Shown piece after piece: positions 48,409 to 58,236 of a stretch of DNA of 64,000 nt. This stretch comes from Pseudomonadota bacterium (GTDB taxonomy: Bacteria > Pseudomonadota > Gammaproteobacteria > Acidithiobacillales > Acidithiobacillaceae). Both the position numbers and the translations under genes were made by a program. The notes beneath the pieces are model-generated. The model ran no database searches and was not told the DNA's origin. It saw only the letters and a list, made by a program, of their open reading frames with translations. The stretch covers positions 79,548-143,547 of the forward strand of contig JAKARO010000002.1 of the NCBI GenBank assembly GCA_021821885.1. Direction: 5' to 3'. How positions within the stretch are numbered: the stretch's first letter is position 1; every line of letters starts with the position of its first letter.

Positions 48409-51400
48409 ATTCGTCCACCTGCACGTCCACTCGGAATATTCCCTCGAAGATGGGATTATCCCGGTCCGGAAGCTGGTATCCCGCTGTGTGGAATCTGGAA
48501 TGCCGGCCGTAGCCCTGACCGACCATGCCAATCTTTTTGCCCTGGTGAAGTTCTATTCGGCCGCCCGTGCGGCGGGAATCAAGCCCATTATTGGCAGCGA
48601 GATCTGGGTGCACGATTCGGAGCGCCCGCAGGAACCCTACGGGCTGGTCCTGCTGTGCATGGACCGCAGGGGATTCCGGAATCTCAGCCGGCTGCTGAGC
48701 CGGGCCTATCTGGAGGGAATGGCCGGGGGAAAGCCCCAGATCCGCCGGGAATGGCTTGCCGTGCATCACGAGGGCCTCATTGCCCTGTCTGCTGCGGGCC
48801 GGGGGGAAATCGGACGCTGCCTTCCTGGGGATCCCCAGGCAGCGGAAGCACTGGCCGGTGCCTACGCAGCGATTTTTCCCGACCGCTTCTATCTGGAAAT
48901 CCAGCGCAATGGGGAGCCAGGGCAGGAACTGCTGAATGGAGCGCTCCTGGACCTGGCAGAGAAACTGGCCCTGCCGGTGGTGGCCAGCAACAACGCCCAT
49001 TTTCTGGATCCAGATGATTTTTCCGCTTTTGATGCCAGACAGTGCATTGCCTCCGGCCATACCCTGGCCGATGAGCGCCGTCCACGACGCTTCAACCCGG
49101 GCCACTGCCTTCCTGGACCCGATGAAATGTGCCGGCGGTTTGCCGATCTCCCGGAAGCCTGCCTGAACACGGTCGAAATTGCCCGCCGCTGCAATCTTGA
49201 ACTGACCCTTGGGCAGTATACCCTACCGGACTACCCGACTCCGGATGGTACCCCCCTGGCGCTGTATTTCCGCCAGGCGGCCCAGCAGGGACTGGAGGAA
49301 AGGCTGGAAGGTCTGGGTGTCTCTGGTGCCGGGGCGCTGCCTTACCGCGAGCGGCTTCTGCGGGAAGTGGATGTCATCGAGCAGATGGGGTTTCCGGGAT
49401 ATTTCCTGATCGTGGCCGACTTTATCCAGTGGGCCAAGGACAATGGTGTGCCCGTAGGTCCTGGCCGTGGATCCGGAGCAGGTTCTCTGGTCGCCTATGC
49501 GCTGCGGATCACGGATCTGGATCCTCTGGCCAACGCCCTCCTGTTTGAACGTTTCCTGAACCCGGAACGTGTGTCCATGCCAGATTTTGACGTGGATTTC
49601 TGCATGGACCAGAGGGACCGGGTCATCCAGTATGTCGCGGAAAAATACGGACGGGAACGGGTTGGCCAGATCATTACATTTGGCACCATGAAGGCCCGGG
49701 CGGTTGTCCGGGATGTGGGCCGGGTGCTGAATCTTCCCTATGGTTTCGTCGACCAGCTGGCCAAGCTGGTCCCGGCAGATCTTGGCATGACGCTGGCAAA
49801 GGCCATGACAGAATCCGATGAGCTGCGTCGGCGCCAGGCGGAAGAGGATGACGTGCGGGAACTCCTGGACATCGCCCTGCGCCTGGAGGGTCTGCCACGC
49901 CATGCCTCTACCCATGCGGGCGGGGTGGTCATTTCTCCGGAACCACTCGCCGACCGGCTTCCCCTGTTCACCGACGGTTCGGAAAATGGGGGCAATGTTA
50001 CCCAGCTCGACAAGGACGATGTCGAGAAAATGGGCCTGGTAAAATTCGATTTTCTTGGCCTGCGTACCCTGACTATCATCGACATGGCGCTTGCGGGCAT
50101 CAATGCGGAGCGTGCCCGGCGCAGCGAGCCGCCGCTGGATATCCAGAAAATTCCCCTGGACGACCCCGGGACTTTCCATCTGCTCCGCTCAACGGAAACA
50201 GTAGCGGTCTTCCAGCTGGAATCTTCGGGAATGCGGGACCTTGTCCGCCGGCTGCAGCCGGACAATTTCGGCGATATCGTGGCGCTGGTGGCGCTGTTCC
50301 GGCCGGGCCCACTGCAGTCGGGCATGGTGGACGACTTTATTGCCCGCAAGCATGGCCGGGCACCGGTTACCTATCCCCATCCTGCCCTTGCACCGATCCT
50401 GAAAGAAACCTATGGCGTCATTGTCTACCAGGAACAGGTGATGCAGTGTGCCCAGGTGCTGGCCGGATATTCCCTGGGGGGCGCCGACCTGCTGCGGCGG
50501 GCCATGGGCAAGAAAAAGCCGGAGGAAATGGCGAAGCAGAGGGAAATTTTCCTTGCCGGGGCGTCCAGAAATTCCATCGATGTCCACCAGGCAGGCGCGA
50601 TCTTCGATCTCATGGAGAAATTCGCTGAATACGGGTTCAACAAATCCCATTCGGCGGCGTATGCCCTGGTTTCGTATCAGACCGCGTATCTGAAGGCCCA
50701 TCATCCCCAGGAGTTCATGGCAGCCGTGCTCACGGCCGACATGGACCATACGGACAAGGTCGTCGCCATGCTCGGGGAGTGCCGGCGCATGGGGATCCCC
50801 CTGCTGTCTCCCTGCGTCGAGCGCAGCCGCCTTGCGTTCCAGCCCGAAGGAAAGGGCATCCGCTATGGACTGGGGGCTATCAAGGGGCTCGGACGGGCGG
50901 CTGTACAGGCCATTGTCCAGGTGCGCGATGGGGAGGGATTCCGGGACTTTTATGACTTTCTCTGCCGGGTGGATGGACAGAAGCTGAACCGTCGTAGCCT
51001 GGAAGCCCTGATCCGGGCCGGGGCCATGGACCTCTGGGGCATTGCCAGGGGCCAGCTGCTGGCCTCCCTGGACCTGTACATGGAAAGCGCTGCCCAGGCC
51101 CAGCGTCTTTCCGGAAGTGCCCAGGCCTCCCTGTTTGGCGCCCAGGAGAGCCACCCGACGGCTCCGGCGTGGGTGGAGAATCCGTCCTGGAACCTGGACG
51201 ATACTCTCCGGGGCGAGCGGGAAAGCCTCGGATTTTATCTGAGTGGCCACCCCATGGCGGAGTTCCGCCCGACCCTGCAGGATATGGGTGCCGTGCCACT
51301 GGGGAATCTGGCCGAAAGGACTGGGGTTCTGGTCGCGGGACTCCCGGTCGCACGCCGCAGCACGCGGACGCGCAAGGGGGACCGGATCTATTTCCTGACG

Positions 51401-51904
51401 CTGGAAGACGAAACCGGCCGGATAGATGTGGTGGTTTTTTCCGAGATCTGGAATGGCTCCCGGCTGGCGCTGGCAGAAGATACCCCGGTTCTTGTCTTTG
51501 GGGATGTGGCGGAGGACCAGTTTTCGGGGGGGCTGCGTCTGGGTGCCCAACGGCTGTTTTCCCTGGAAGGGGCACGCGGAGAGCTGGCGGAAAGCGTCGA
51601 ACTGGATCTTCCCCCCGGCGTCGGGGCTACGGACCTTGCCGAATGCCTGCGGCCTTATGGGAGAGGTCCGGTACGGGTCCGGCTGCAGCTGCAGGTGAAC
51701 GGGAAATTCCGGGCCCTCCTGGAGATATCCCCAGACTGGTCTATCACGCCCACAGACGCCTTTCTGGGGGACTTGGCCCGGCTGGTCCCGCCCGACCGGC
51801 AGCGCTGGACCTGGCGCGCTGCGGGGAAACAGGGAACCCGGGACCCGGCCGGCCCCGGCAGAAAATCGCCAGCGTACCGCCTAACCGAGGAGATTCCTGA
51901 ATGA
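48398..51904 (+). CDS. dnaE: DNA polymerase III subunit alpha
   Basis: 1168 aa with the PHP domain [15 protein letters not shown] and ...[17 protein letters not shown]... Confidence 0.98.
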   Translation: MEPRFVHLHVHSEYSLEDGIIPVRKLVSRCVESGMPAVALTDHANLFALVKFYSAARAAGIKPIIGSEIWVHDSERPQEPYGLVLLCMDRRGFRNLSRLLSRAYLEGMAGGKPQIRREWLAVHHEGLIALSAAGRGEIGRCLPGDPQAAEALAGAYAAIFPDRFYLEIQRNGEPGQELLNGALLDLAEKLALPVVASNNAHFLDPDDFSAFDARQCIASGHTLADERRPRRFNPGHCLPGPDEMCRRFADLPEACLNTVEIARRCNLELTLGQYTLPDYPTPDGTPLALYFRQAAQQGLEERLEGLGVSGAGALPYRERLLREVDVIEQMGFPGYFLIVADFIQWAKDNGVPVGPGRGSGAGSLVAYALRITDLDPLANALLFERFLNPERVSMPDFDVDFCMDQRDRVIQYVAEKYGRERVGQIITFGTMKARAVVRDVGRVLNLPYGFVDQLAKLVPADLGMTLAKAMTESDELRRRQAEEDDVRELLDIALRLEGLPRHASTHAGGVVISPEPLADRLPLFTDGSENGGNVTQLDKDDVEKMGLVKFDFLGLRTLTIIDMALAGINAERARRSEPPLDIQKIPLDDPGTFHLLRSTETVAVFQLESSGMRDLVRRLQPDNFGDIVALVALFRPGPLQSGMVDDFIARKHGRAPVTYPHPALAPILKETYGVIVYQEQVMQCAQVLAGYSLGGADLLRRAMGKKKPEEMAKQREIFLAGASRNSIDVHQAGAIFDLMEKFAEYGFNKSHSAAYALVSYQTAYLKAHHPQEFMAAVLTADMDHTDKVVAMLGECRRMGIPLLSPCVERSRLAFQPEGKGIRYGLGAIKGLGRAAVQAIVQVRDGEGFRDFYDFLCRVDGQKLNRRSLEALIRAGAMDLWGIARGQLLASLDLYMESAAQAQRLSGSAQASLFGAQESHPTAPAWVENPSWNLDDTLRGERESLGFYLSGHPMAEFRPTLQDMGAVPLGNLAERTGVLVAGLPVARRSTRTRKGDRIYFLTLEDETGRIDVVVFSEIWNGSRLALAEDTPVLVFGDVAEDQFSGGLRLGAQRLFSLEGARGELAESVELDLPPGVGATDLAECLRPYGRGPVRVRLQLQVNGKFRALLEISPDWSITPTDAFLGDLARLVPPDRQRWTWRAAGKQGTRDPAGPGRKSPAYRLTEEIPE

Positions 51905-52851
51905 AACTGCATTATCTCGATTTTGAGCAGCCCCTGGCGGAACTGGAAGGCAAGGTAGAAGAGCTGAAAGCCCTGAACCAGCCCGGGATTGAAGAGGAGA
52001 TCCAGCGGCTGGAAGCCAAGGCGCGCAAGGAACTGCAGCGGCTCTACAGCCGACTGGGTGCCTGGCAGACCGTCCAGGTAGCCCGTCATCCGCAGCGGCC
52101 CTATACGCTGGATTATGTGCAGGCCCTGTTTGACGGGGTCCAGATCCTGGCTGGTGACCGTGCCTTCGCCGACGACCAGGCGATTGTGGGCGGGCTTGCC
52201 CGGTTCCGGGGGCGGGGAGTGGTATGGATGGGCCACCAGAAGGGTCGGGATACCCGCGAGAAGATCCTGCGGAATTTTGGTATGCCCAGACCGGAGGGGT
52301 ACCGCAAGGCACTGCGGCTGATGCGGCTGGCCGAGCGTTTCCATCTGCCTGTCCTGACCTTCATTGATACACCTGGTGCGTATCCCGGCATTGGGGCGGA
52401 AGAGCGGGGGCAGAGCGAGGCAATCGCCAGAAATCTGGCCGTCCTGTCAGACCTTCCGGTGCCGGTGGTTTCGGTGGTGATTGGCGAGGGAGGATCAGGC
52501 GGAGCGCTCGCCATAGGGGTGTCCGACCGCCTGCTCATGCTTGAATACAGTGTCTATTCCGTCATCTCTCCCGAAGGCTGTGCCTCCATTCTCTGGAAAG
52601 ACGCAGGAAAGGCATCGGAGGCCGCGGAAACCCTGGGGATCACGGCCCGCCGCCTGCATAGCCTGGGTCTTGCGGATGAGATTATCCCGGAGCCCCTGGG
52701 CGGGGCCCATCGCCAGCCAGACGCCGTGTTTGCCGAACTGGCCGGCCGGCTGGAGCACGCGCTGGAGGAACTGGAGGAGCTGGAGCAGTCCCGCCTGCTT
52801 GCCCGGCGTTACGAACGTCTCATGCATTATGGCGTTGTTGGCGCCGCCTGA
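51901..52851 (+). CDS. accA: acetyl-CoA carboxylase carboxyltransferase subunit alpha
   Basis: [14 protein letters not shown]......[11 protein letters not shown]...F......GDR.F.DD.AIVGG.ARF.G..V...[53 protein letters not shown]. Confidence 0.97.
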   Translation: MKLHYLDFEQPLAELEGKVEELKALNQPGIEEEIQRLEAKARKELQRLYSRLGAWQTVQVARHPQRPYTLDYVQALFDGVQILAGDRAFADDQAIVGGLARFRGRGVVWMGHQKGRDTREKILRNFGMPRPEGYRKALRLMRLAERFHLPVLTFIDTPGAYPGIGAEERGQSEAIARNLAVLSDLPVPVVSVVIGEGGSGGALAIGVSDRLLMLEYSVYSVISPEGCASILWKDAGKASEAAETLGITARRLHSLGLADEIIPEPLGGAHRQPDAVFAELAGRLEHALEELEELEQSRLLARRYERLMHYGVVGAA

Positions 52852-54211
52852 TCTCGAGGCCCATCTCCGGAAAAAGCTCCGGGAGGAATGGGGGGTTCCA
52901 TCCCAGCGGACGCTGTGGGCCGCATACAGTGGCGGCGCCGACTCCACCGCGCTGCTCCATGCACTCCACCGGATTGGCCAGCCGGTTCACGCCGTTCATG
53001 TGGATCACGGCTGGCATGCCGGAAGCGCCCTGTGGGCGGAAGAATGCCGGAGGGGGGCGGCAGCTCTGGGGATTCCCTGCACCGTGCTGCGTCTGGAAGG
53101 AACGCCGGATGGGGAGGGTCCGGAAGATGCGGCACGGCGGGGGCGCTATGCCCTGCTTTCCTCCCGGCTGCGTCCGGGAGACCTGCTGCTTGTCGCGCAG
53201 CACCGGGATGACCAGGCGGAAACCCTTCTGCTCCAGCTTCTCCGCGGCTCCGGCCTGGAAGGCCTGGCAGCCATGCCGTCCCGTCGTCCCCTTGGAGCCG
53301 GCATCCTGGCCCGGCCCTTTCTCGATTTGGGTCGGGAAGACCTGCGTGCCTATCTCCGCAGGCTGGGCATTTCCTGGCGGGAAGATCCCGCCAACCAGGA
53401 GAACCGCTATGCCCGTACACGGATCCGCAGGGATCTTCTGCCCCGTATGGAGGCCCTGGGATGGGCCAGGGCCTCCCTGGTCCTGGCCCGCACGGCGGAA
53501 AACCTGGGCGATGCTCTCCAGACGGAAGCCTGGTGGTTTGCGGACCGTCTCGCTGCTCTCCGGCAGCGCTTTCCGGGTTTTGAGGCCGGGCTTCTTCCCC
53601 CGGGACTGCCGGTGGCATTCCTTCTGGAGATGGAGCCGGCGGCGCTACGGGTTTTCCTGCGCCACTGGATCCGCTACCAGGGGATTGCCGTTCCCGACCG
53701 GGCGGGCCTGGAACGTCTCCGCCTGCAACTGGGTGATGGCCGGGGTGGGCGGCGCATTGAGTGGAAGGGAGGGCAGGCATGGATTCAGGGAGGAAGACTC
53801 TGGCTCTGGCTTCCGGCGCCTGTATTCCCGGATTTTTCTGGCGGGGACTGGATACGCTCTGGGGACCGTGGGGATGGGCCATTTTTTGCGTGGGAAGTGG
53901 ACCGGGGGTCTCCGCCTGGACCCGCTCCGGCTGCTGGGGCCCACCGCCTCAGCCTCCAGGTGCTCCCGGCCCAGCTGCACTGGAGGAGCCGGCGACCCGG
54001 GGAACGATATATGGACGGAAATGGCCGGCACCGTCCGGTGAAAAAACTCCTGCTGGAGGCCGGAGTTCCTCCCTTTCTGCGGGATTCGCTGCCACTGCTG
54101 TGGGATCCGGAAGGACGTCTGGTCCTGATACCAGGCTTCTACACGGCTCCATGGGCCAAGGGCCTCTCCGGGGAGCCCGGGCTATGGGTCTGGTTCCACT
54201 CCTCAGGATGA
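52829..54211 (+). CDS. tilS: tRNA lysidine(34) synthetase TilS
   Basis: ORF 52541..54211 trimmed to ATG 52829, overlapping the accA end by 23 nt. PP-loop [14 protein letters not shown] and ...[18 protein letters not shown]... are present. Confidence 0.88.
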   Translation: MALLAPPDLEAHLRKKLREEWGVPSQRTLWAAYSGGADSTALLHALHRIGQPVHAVHVDHGWHAGSALWAEECRRGAAALGIPCTVLRLEGTPDGEGPEDAARRGRYALLSSRLRPGDLLLVAQHRDDQAETLLLQLLRGSGLEGLAAMPSRRPLGAGILARPFLDLGREDLRAYLRRLGISWREDPANQENRYARTRIRRDLLPRMEALGWARASLVLARTAENLGDALQTEAWWFADRLAALRQRFPGFEAGLLPPGLPVAFLLEMEPAALRVFLRHWIRYQGIAVPDRAGLERLRLQLGDGRGGRRIEWKGGQAWIQGGRLWLWLPAPVFPDFSGGDWIRSGDRGDGPFFAWEVDRGSPPGPAPAAGAHRLSLQVLPAQLHWRSRRPGERYMDGNGRHRPVKKLLLEAGVPPFLRDSLPLLWDPEGRLVLIPGFYTAPWAKGLSGEPGLWVWFHSSG

Positions 54212-55528
54212 CCAGGGGGAATCCTCAAGGGGGGTGGAAGAGGAAAATTTCAGGGCGGAACCATGGGCATTCGGGCGGATTTCACCTTCATGGTATACCA
54301 CCCGGCCGCCCACAATGGTCGTCAGCGGCCACCCGGTCAGCACCCAGCCAGAGAAGGGGCTCCATTCCACCCGGGTAAACAGGTCCCCGTTCCGGACCGG
54401 TTTCTCGTGCACCATGTCCACCAGGGTCAGGTCCGCATCCCATCCCGGAGCAATGCGTCCCTTGTTTCTGACACCATAGAGCCGCGCAGGATTATAGCAC
54501 ATCCAGCGCTGGAGTTCGGCCAGACTGCAGTGGCCGTCGCGCATGGCCGTGAGCATGAGGGGAAGGCTGGTTTCGACGCCCGGCATGCCAGATGGGGCCC
54601 GTGGATACCCAAGGGCCTTTTCTTCAAGGCGGTGAGGCGCGTGGTCGGTGGCGATGCAGTCAATGGCACCGCTGCGCAGGCCTTCCCAGAGGGCCAGCCG
54701 GTCTTCCTCACTCCGGATGGGTGGATTTATCTGGACCAGCGTCCCGGATCTGGCGTAGGCATCCGTATTCAGGAAGAGATGGCTGGGCAGGGCTTCGCAG
54801 GAAATAAAGGGCTGCTTGTGTTCCGCGATATAGCGCATCTCGCGGCCGGTAGACAGGTGCAGTACATGGAGGCGGCGCCGGTACTTCAGGGACAGGCCGA
54901 CAGCCCGGCGGGTTGCCAGGAAAGCGCTCTCCCCGTCCCGGATCCGGCTGTGGTCGGCCAGATCACAGCTGCCGGAAAATTCCGCCCGCCGGCTGCGGAT
55001 CCGTGCCTCATCCTCCGCATGTACAGCGATAAGTCTGGAACCGTGTGCGAAAATGTTTTCCAGGTCTTCTTCACGGTCCACCAGCAGGGTTCCCGTGCTG
55101 GCCGCCATGAAGACCTTGATGCCGCAGGCGAGGGTGTCGGCGAGAAGATCAACCAGGTTGTCCGGCGTGGCGCCAATGAAAAATCCGTAATTGACCACAG
55201 ATTTTTCTGCTGCCTCGGCCATTTTGTCCGCCATGGCCACCACATTGGTGGTCGGCATTTCAAGGAAGCTGGTAATGCCCCCTTTGGCCGCCGCACGCGA
55301 TCCGCTGCCCAGATCCTCCTTGTGCTCGTTCCCCGGCTCCCGGAAGTGGACCTGGGGATCCATGACCCCAGGCAGGAGGAGATGCCCGCGGGCATCGATG
55401 ACCTCATCCGCGGGCTGGTCAATCTCGCGGTCGATGACCGCAACCGTACCGTCCGCGGCCAGCAGGTCTCCGTGATAGAGTTCTCCGGAGGGGAGGGCGA
55501 TCCGGGCGTTGCGGACCAGAAGGCGCAC
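54203..55528 (-). CDS. dihydroorotase-like cyclic amidohydrolase (class I DHOase family)
   Basis: GTG start 2 nt after the dksA stop. ...LLLPGVMDPQVHFREPG.EHKEDL.SGSRAAAKGGITSFLEMP...KVFMA...AVHAED...HVLHLST....ATDHAPH. The first metal motif reads Q-V-H rather than H-x-H. Confidence 0.8.
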   Translation of the reverse strand: MRLLVRNARIALPSGELYHGDLLAADGTVAVIDREIDQPADEVIDARGHLLLPGVMDPQVHFREPGNEHKEDLGSGSRAAAKGGITSFLEMPTTNVVAMADKMAEAAEKSVVNYGFFIGATPDNLVDLLADTLACGIKVFMAASTGTLLVDREEDLENIFAHGSRLIAVHAEDEARIRSRRAEFSGSCDLADHSRIRDGESAFLATRRAVGLSLKYRRRLHVLHLSTGREMRYIAEHKQPFISCEALPSHLFLNTDAYARSGTLVQINPPIRSEEDRLALWEGLRSGAIDCIATDHAPHRLEEKALGYPRAPSGMPGVETSLPLMLTAMRDGHCSLAELQRWMCYNPARLYGVRNKGRIAPGWDADLTLVDMVHEKPVRNGDLFTRVEWSPFSGWVLTGWPLTTIVGGRVVYHEGEIRPNAHGSALKFSSSTPLEDSPWSS

Positions 55529-55530
55529 GC

Positions 55531-55995
55531 CTACTCCTGGGCCATCTGTTTTTCCCGCTTTTCCTCCAGGGTCTTGCAGTCGATGCAGAGAGTTGCCGTG
55601 GGACGGGCTTCCAGACGGCGCAGGCCGATTTCCACGCCACAGGATTCGCAGTACCCGTACTCCCCGGCATCAATGCGGCCCAGCGCCTGGTTGATCTTGC
55701 GGATAAGCTTGCGCTCCCGGTCCCGTGCCCGCAGCTCAAGGCCTATGTCGGTTTCGAGGCTCGCGCGGTCGTTCGGGTCTGAATAATTGACGTTTTCCAC
55801 CTGCATGTTCTGTACGGTGCGGTCCACCTCAGCCATCAGCTCATTGCGCCAGTCTTCCAGGATTTTGCGGAAATGGGCGACTTGGCCAGGGCTCATGTAC
55901 GCTTCCCCAGGAGCCGGTTCGTACGGGGTGAAGGCGCTGAACTGCTGTGAGGTTCCGGCAGGTCCGGGCTTGGACGTCGGGGTGCTTTCCGTCAT
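55531..55995 (-). CDS. dksA: RNA polymerase-binding transcription factor DksA
   Basis: ...HFRKILEDWRNELM...DPNDRASLE....ELR.RDRERKLI.KI..AL.RI..G.YGYCE.CG.EIG..RLEARPTATLCIDCK. The coiled-coil-tip DxxDxA motif and the C4 zinc finger are present. Confidence 0.95.
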   Translation of the reverse strand: MTESTPTSKPGPAGTSQQFSAFTPYEPAPGEAYMSPGQVAHFRKILEDWRNELMAEVDRTVQNMQVENVNYSDPNDRASLETDIGLELRARDRERKLIRKINQALGRIDAGEYGYCESCGVEIGLRRLEARPTATLCIDCKTLEEKREKQMAQE

Positions 55996-56153
55996 GGATG
56001 GCTTCCTGGTTCCGATAAATAACCCTGATGTTTAGCAGAATTTCCAGGTTTTGGCAATTGGGTGAGACCTGTGGTTAAATTCCCCGGCGCGCCATGGCGG
56101 GAAGCGGGACGCGCATAAACAGGCCAACCAGACCATTCCGGGAGTGCATCCAG

Positions 56154-56918
56154 ATGTCCCTGCAGGCAGTCATTTTTGATGTGGACGGAACCCTGTCGGA
56201 TACGGAGCGCGACGCGCACCGTGTCGCCTTCAACGAGGCCTTCCGGGAGGCGGGCCTGCCTTTTTCGTGGGATGTTCCGACCTATGGCGACTATTTGCGG
56301 GTGACAGGGGGGAAGGAGCGCCTGCGCCAGTTTCTGGATGACCATCCCCGGTATCCGCAGCTGGGCAAGGCAGATATTGCCCGCATTCACAGTCGCAAGA
56401 CGGAACTTTATGTGGAGATGGTCTGTAGCGGATGCCTTCCCCTCCGCCCGGGAGTCCTGCGGCTGCTGGATGAGATGGCTGCGGCCGGAGTCCGGGCCGC
56501 CATTGCCACTACCACCACGCCGGACAATGTTTCCGCACTCCTTCGTACAACCCTTGGCCCGGATGCCGAAGAACGTTTTGCCTGTATTGGCGCCGGGGAC
56601 ATTGTAACCCACAAGAAACCGGCGCCGGACATTTATGTCCATGTGCTGGAACAGCTGGGCCTGAATCCCGCAGACTGCGTGGCTATTGAGGATTCGGAGA
56701 ATGGCCTGCGTTCGGCTCTCGGAGCTGGCCTGCCGGTGCTTGTGACCAGGACGGATTACACTGAGGGCCAGGATTTTCGTGGCGCCCTGCGGGTTCTCAG
56801 CAGCCTTGGCGAGCCTGGGGACATGGCCCGGATTGTCCAGGGAGAAGGGGCCGGTACCCAGGTGGTAGTGGGTCTTCCCCTGCTGCACCAGTGGATGGCG
56901 GGGCCCAGCCGGGTCTGA
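56154..56918 (+). CDS. HAD-superfamily phosphatase, CbbY-like
   Basis: ORF 56094..56918 trimmed to ATG 56154 (GGGAG SD). AVIFDVDGTLSDTERDAHRVAFNEAF...KKPAPDIY......IEDS.NGL.SA..AG. Confidence 0.85.
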   Translation: MSLQAVIFDVDGTLSDTERDAHRVAFNEAFREAGLPFSWDVPTYGDYLRVTGGKERLRQFLDDHPRYPQLGKADIARIHSRKTELYVEMVCSGCLPLRPGVLRLLDEMAAAGVRAAIATTTTPDNVSALLRTTLGPDAEERFACIGAGDIVTHKKPAPDIYVHVLEQLGLNPADCVAIEDSENGLRSALGAGLPVLVTRTDYTEGQDFRGALRVLSSLGEPGDMARIVQGEGAGTQVVVGLPLLHQWMAGPSRV

Positions 56919-56944
56919 TCCACCGGTATCCCGCTTCGGGACCT

Positions 56945-56966
56945 CCCTGAGTCTCCGGAGTCAGGG
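56945..56966. terminator. palindromic hairpin between convergent cbbY-like and fur-family genes
   Basis: CCCTGA-gtCTCCGGAG-TCAGGG, containing the nested palindrome CTCCGGAG. There is no U-tract. Confidence 0.3.
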
Positions 56967-57085
56967 GCTGCTGCGGGGAATAGTCCGGCCTTCCCGCCTG
57001 GGATATCCTCCCGGAGCCGCATGGCCAGCCAGTGCCGAACCCCTGCGGCGGTCGGGCGGTCATGGGACAACGTGCTGGCACCGGA

Positions 57086-57586
57086 TTATCCGCTAGTTCT
57101 GCCCGGGTTTCCGGTGGCAGGGGGATGGAGGCCCGGCGCCTCCCGGCACCCGGGGCAGATCCCGTTGACCACCATCTCGACATCCTGCACGGCATAGTTT
57201 TCTGGCAGCTCCGGAGAGGGAAGGCGGGATTTGGGAAGGCAGACAACCTGCCCGCAGCTCAGGCAGTGGAAGTGCGGATGGGCCGGATGGCCTGTCCGTG
57301 CGGCGCTGAATCGCCAGATCCGGTCGTCTGCGGTAACCCGGTGGGCCAGATCCTGCTGGACCAGCCATTCCAGATTACGGTAGAGGGTAACCCGGTCAAC
57401 TGGTCCCCCTGCCCCAGTCGACATCCGTTCCTGGATTTCCAGATGGCTGATGGGATGGCCCACCTCGAGCAGAATCTGCAGGACCTTCACACGGAAGGGG
57501 GTGACCCCTTTTCCGGCGGCCCGGATGCGCTGGGCCGCGTCGGACCGTGAGGCCTCCGGCCGGGAGAATCGTACGGGTTTTCCCAT
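57086..57586 (-). CDS. Fur-family metalloregulator (Zur/PerR-like, subtype unresolved)
   Basis: 166 aa: winged helix (TPFRVKVLQILLEVGHPISHLEIQERM...VTLYRNLEWLVQ), a His-rich segment HPAHPHFHC, and two CxxC pairs (CLSCG, CPGC). Confidence 0.85.
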   Translation of the reverse strand: MGKPVRFSRPEASRSDAAQRIRAAGKGVTPFRVKVLQILLEVGHPISHLEIQERMSTGAGGPVDRVTLYRNLEWLVQQDLAHRVTADDRIWRFSAARTGHPAHPHFHCLSCGQVVCLPKSRLPSPELPENYAVQDVEMVVNGICPGCREAPGLHPPATGNPGRTSG

Positions 57587-57722
57587 GCCGCCATGTTACT
57601 GCAAGTGGCTGTCCGGGTCAGCAGTGGCTTCCGGATCCCGTGTCTCACGCCCGGCCGGGCTGGACACCACAGCGATGCCCGCGCTAGATTGTTGGCAGGG
57701 CCCGAGGGAGGTGAACGCGCCG

Positions 57723-58202
57723 ATGTCTGCTCCAGAAATCCTGGTTCCGGGAACACCCGCTCCCGATTTTTCCGCTCCGGCCATTGGGGGCCGGGAAATT
57801 TCACTTTCCGGCCTCCGGGGCCGGAAAGTGGTCCTGTACTTCTATCCCAAGGACGATACCCCTGGCTGCACTACAGAAGGCCAGGAATTCGCGGCACTGT
57901 ATCCCGAATTCCTGGCGGCCGGTGCGGAAGTGGTCGGTGTCTCCCGGGATTCCCTGGACAGTCATGAGAAATTTGCCCAGAAGTACGGATTCCCGTTTCC
58001 CCTGGTCTCCGATGCCAGTGAGACGCTGTGCCATGCGTACGACGTGATCCGGGAAAAAAAGAACTATGGGAAAATCTATCTGGGGATTGAGCGCAGCACC
58101 TTCGTCATTGACCGGGAAGGCCGGCTGGCCTGGGTGCAGCGGAAGGTGAAGGCGGCCGGCCACGCCGGGAAAGTCCTGGAAGCTGTCCGAAGTCTCCCCT
58201 GA
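57723..58202 (+). CDS. bcp: thiol peroxidase Bcp/PrxQ (1-Cys/atypical 2-Cys peroxiredoxin)
   Basis: ORF frame 57450.. trimmed to ATG 57723 (GGGAGGTG SD). ...VVLYFYPKDDTPGCTTE...GVS.DS..SH.KF..K...PF.L.SD. Confidence 0.93.
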   Translation: MSAPEILVPGTPAPDFSAPAIGGREISLSGLRGRKVVLYFYPKDDTPGCTTEGQEFAALYPEFLAAGAEVVGVSRDSLDSHEKFAQKYGFPFPLVSDASETLCHAYDVIREKKNYGKIYLGIERSTFVIDREGRLAWVQRKVKAAGHAGKVLEAVRSLP

Positions 58203-58236
58203 CTTATTGCCGGCAGGTCCGGCAGGATTGGTATGC

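Noticed and set aside
55346-55360. The Q-for-H substitution in the first metal motif (DPQVH) as evidence that the DHOase-like protein is an inactive PyrC'-type subunit
   Set aside because: All other expected ligand positions look present (KVFMA Lys, HAED, HVLHLST, DHAPH). I recall DxQVHFREPG as a native motif of a DHOase subfamily. This cannot be decided without an alignment.
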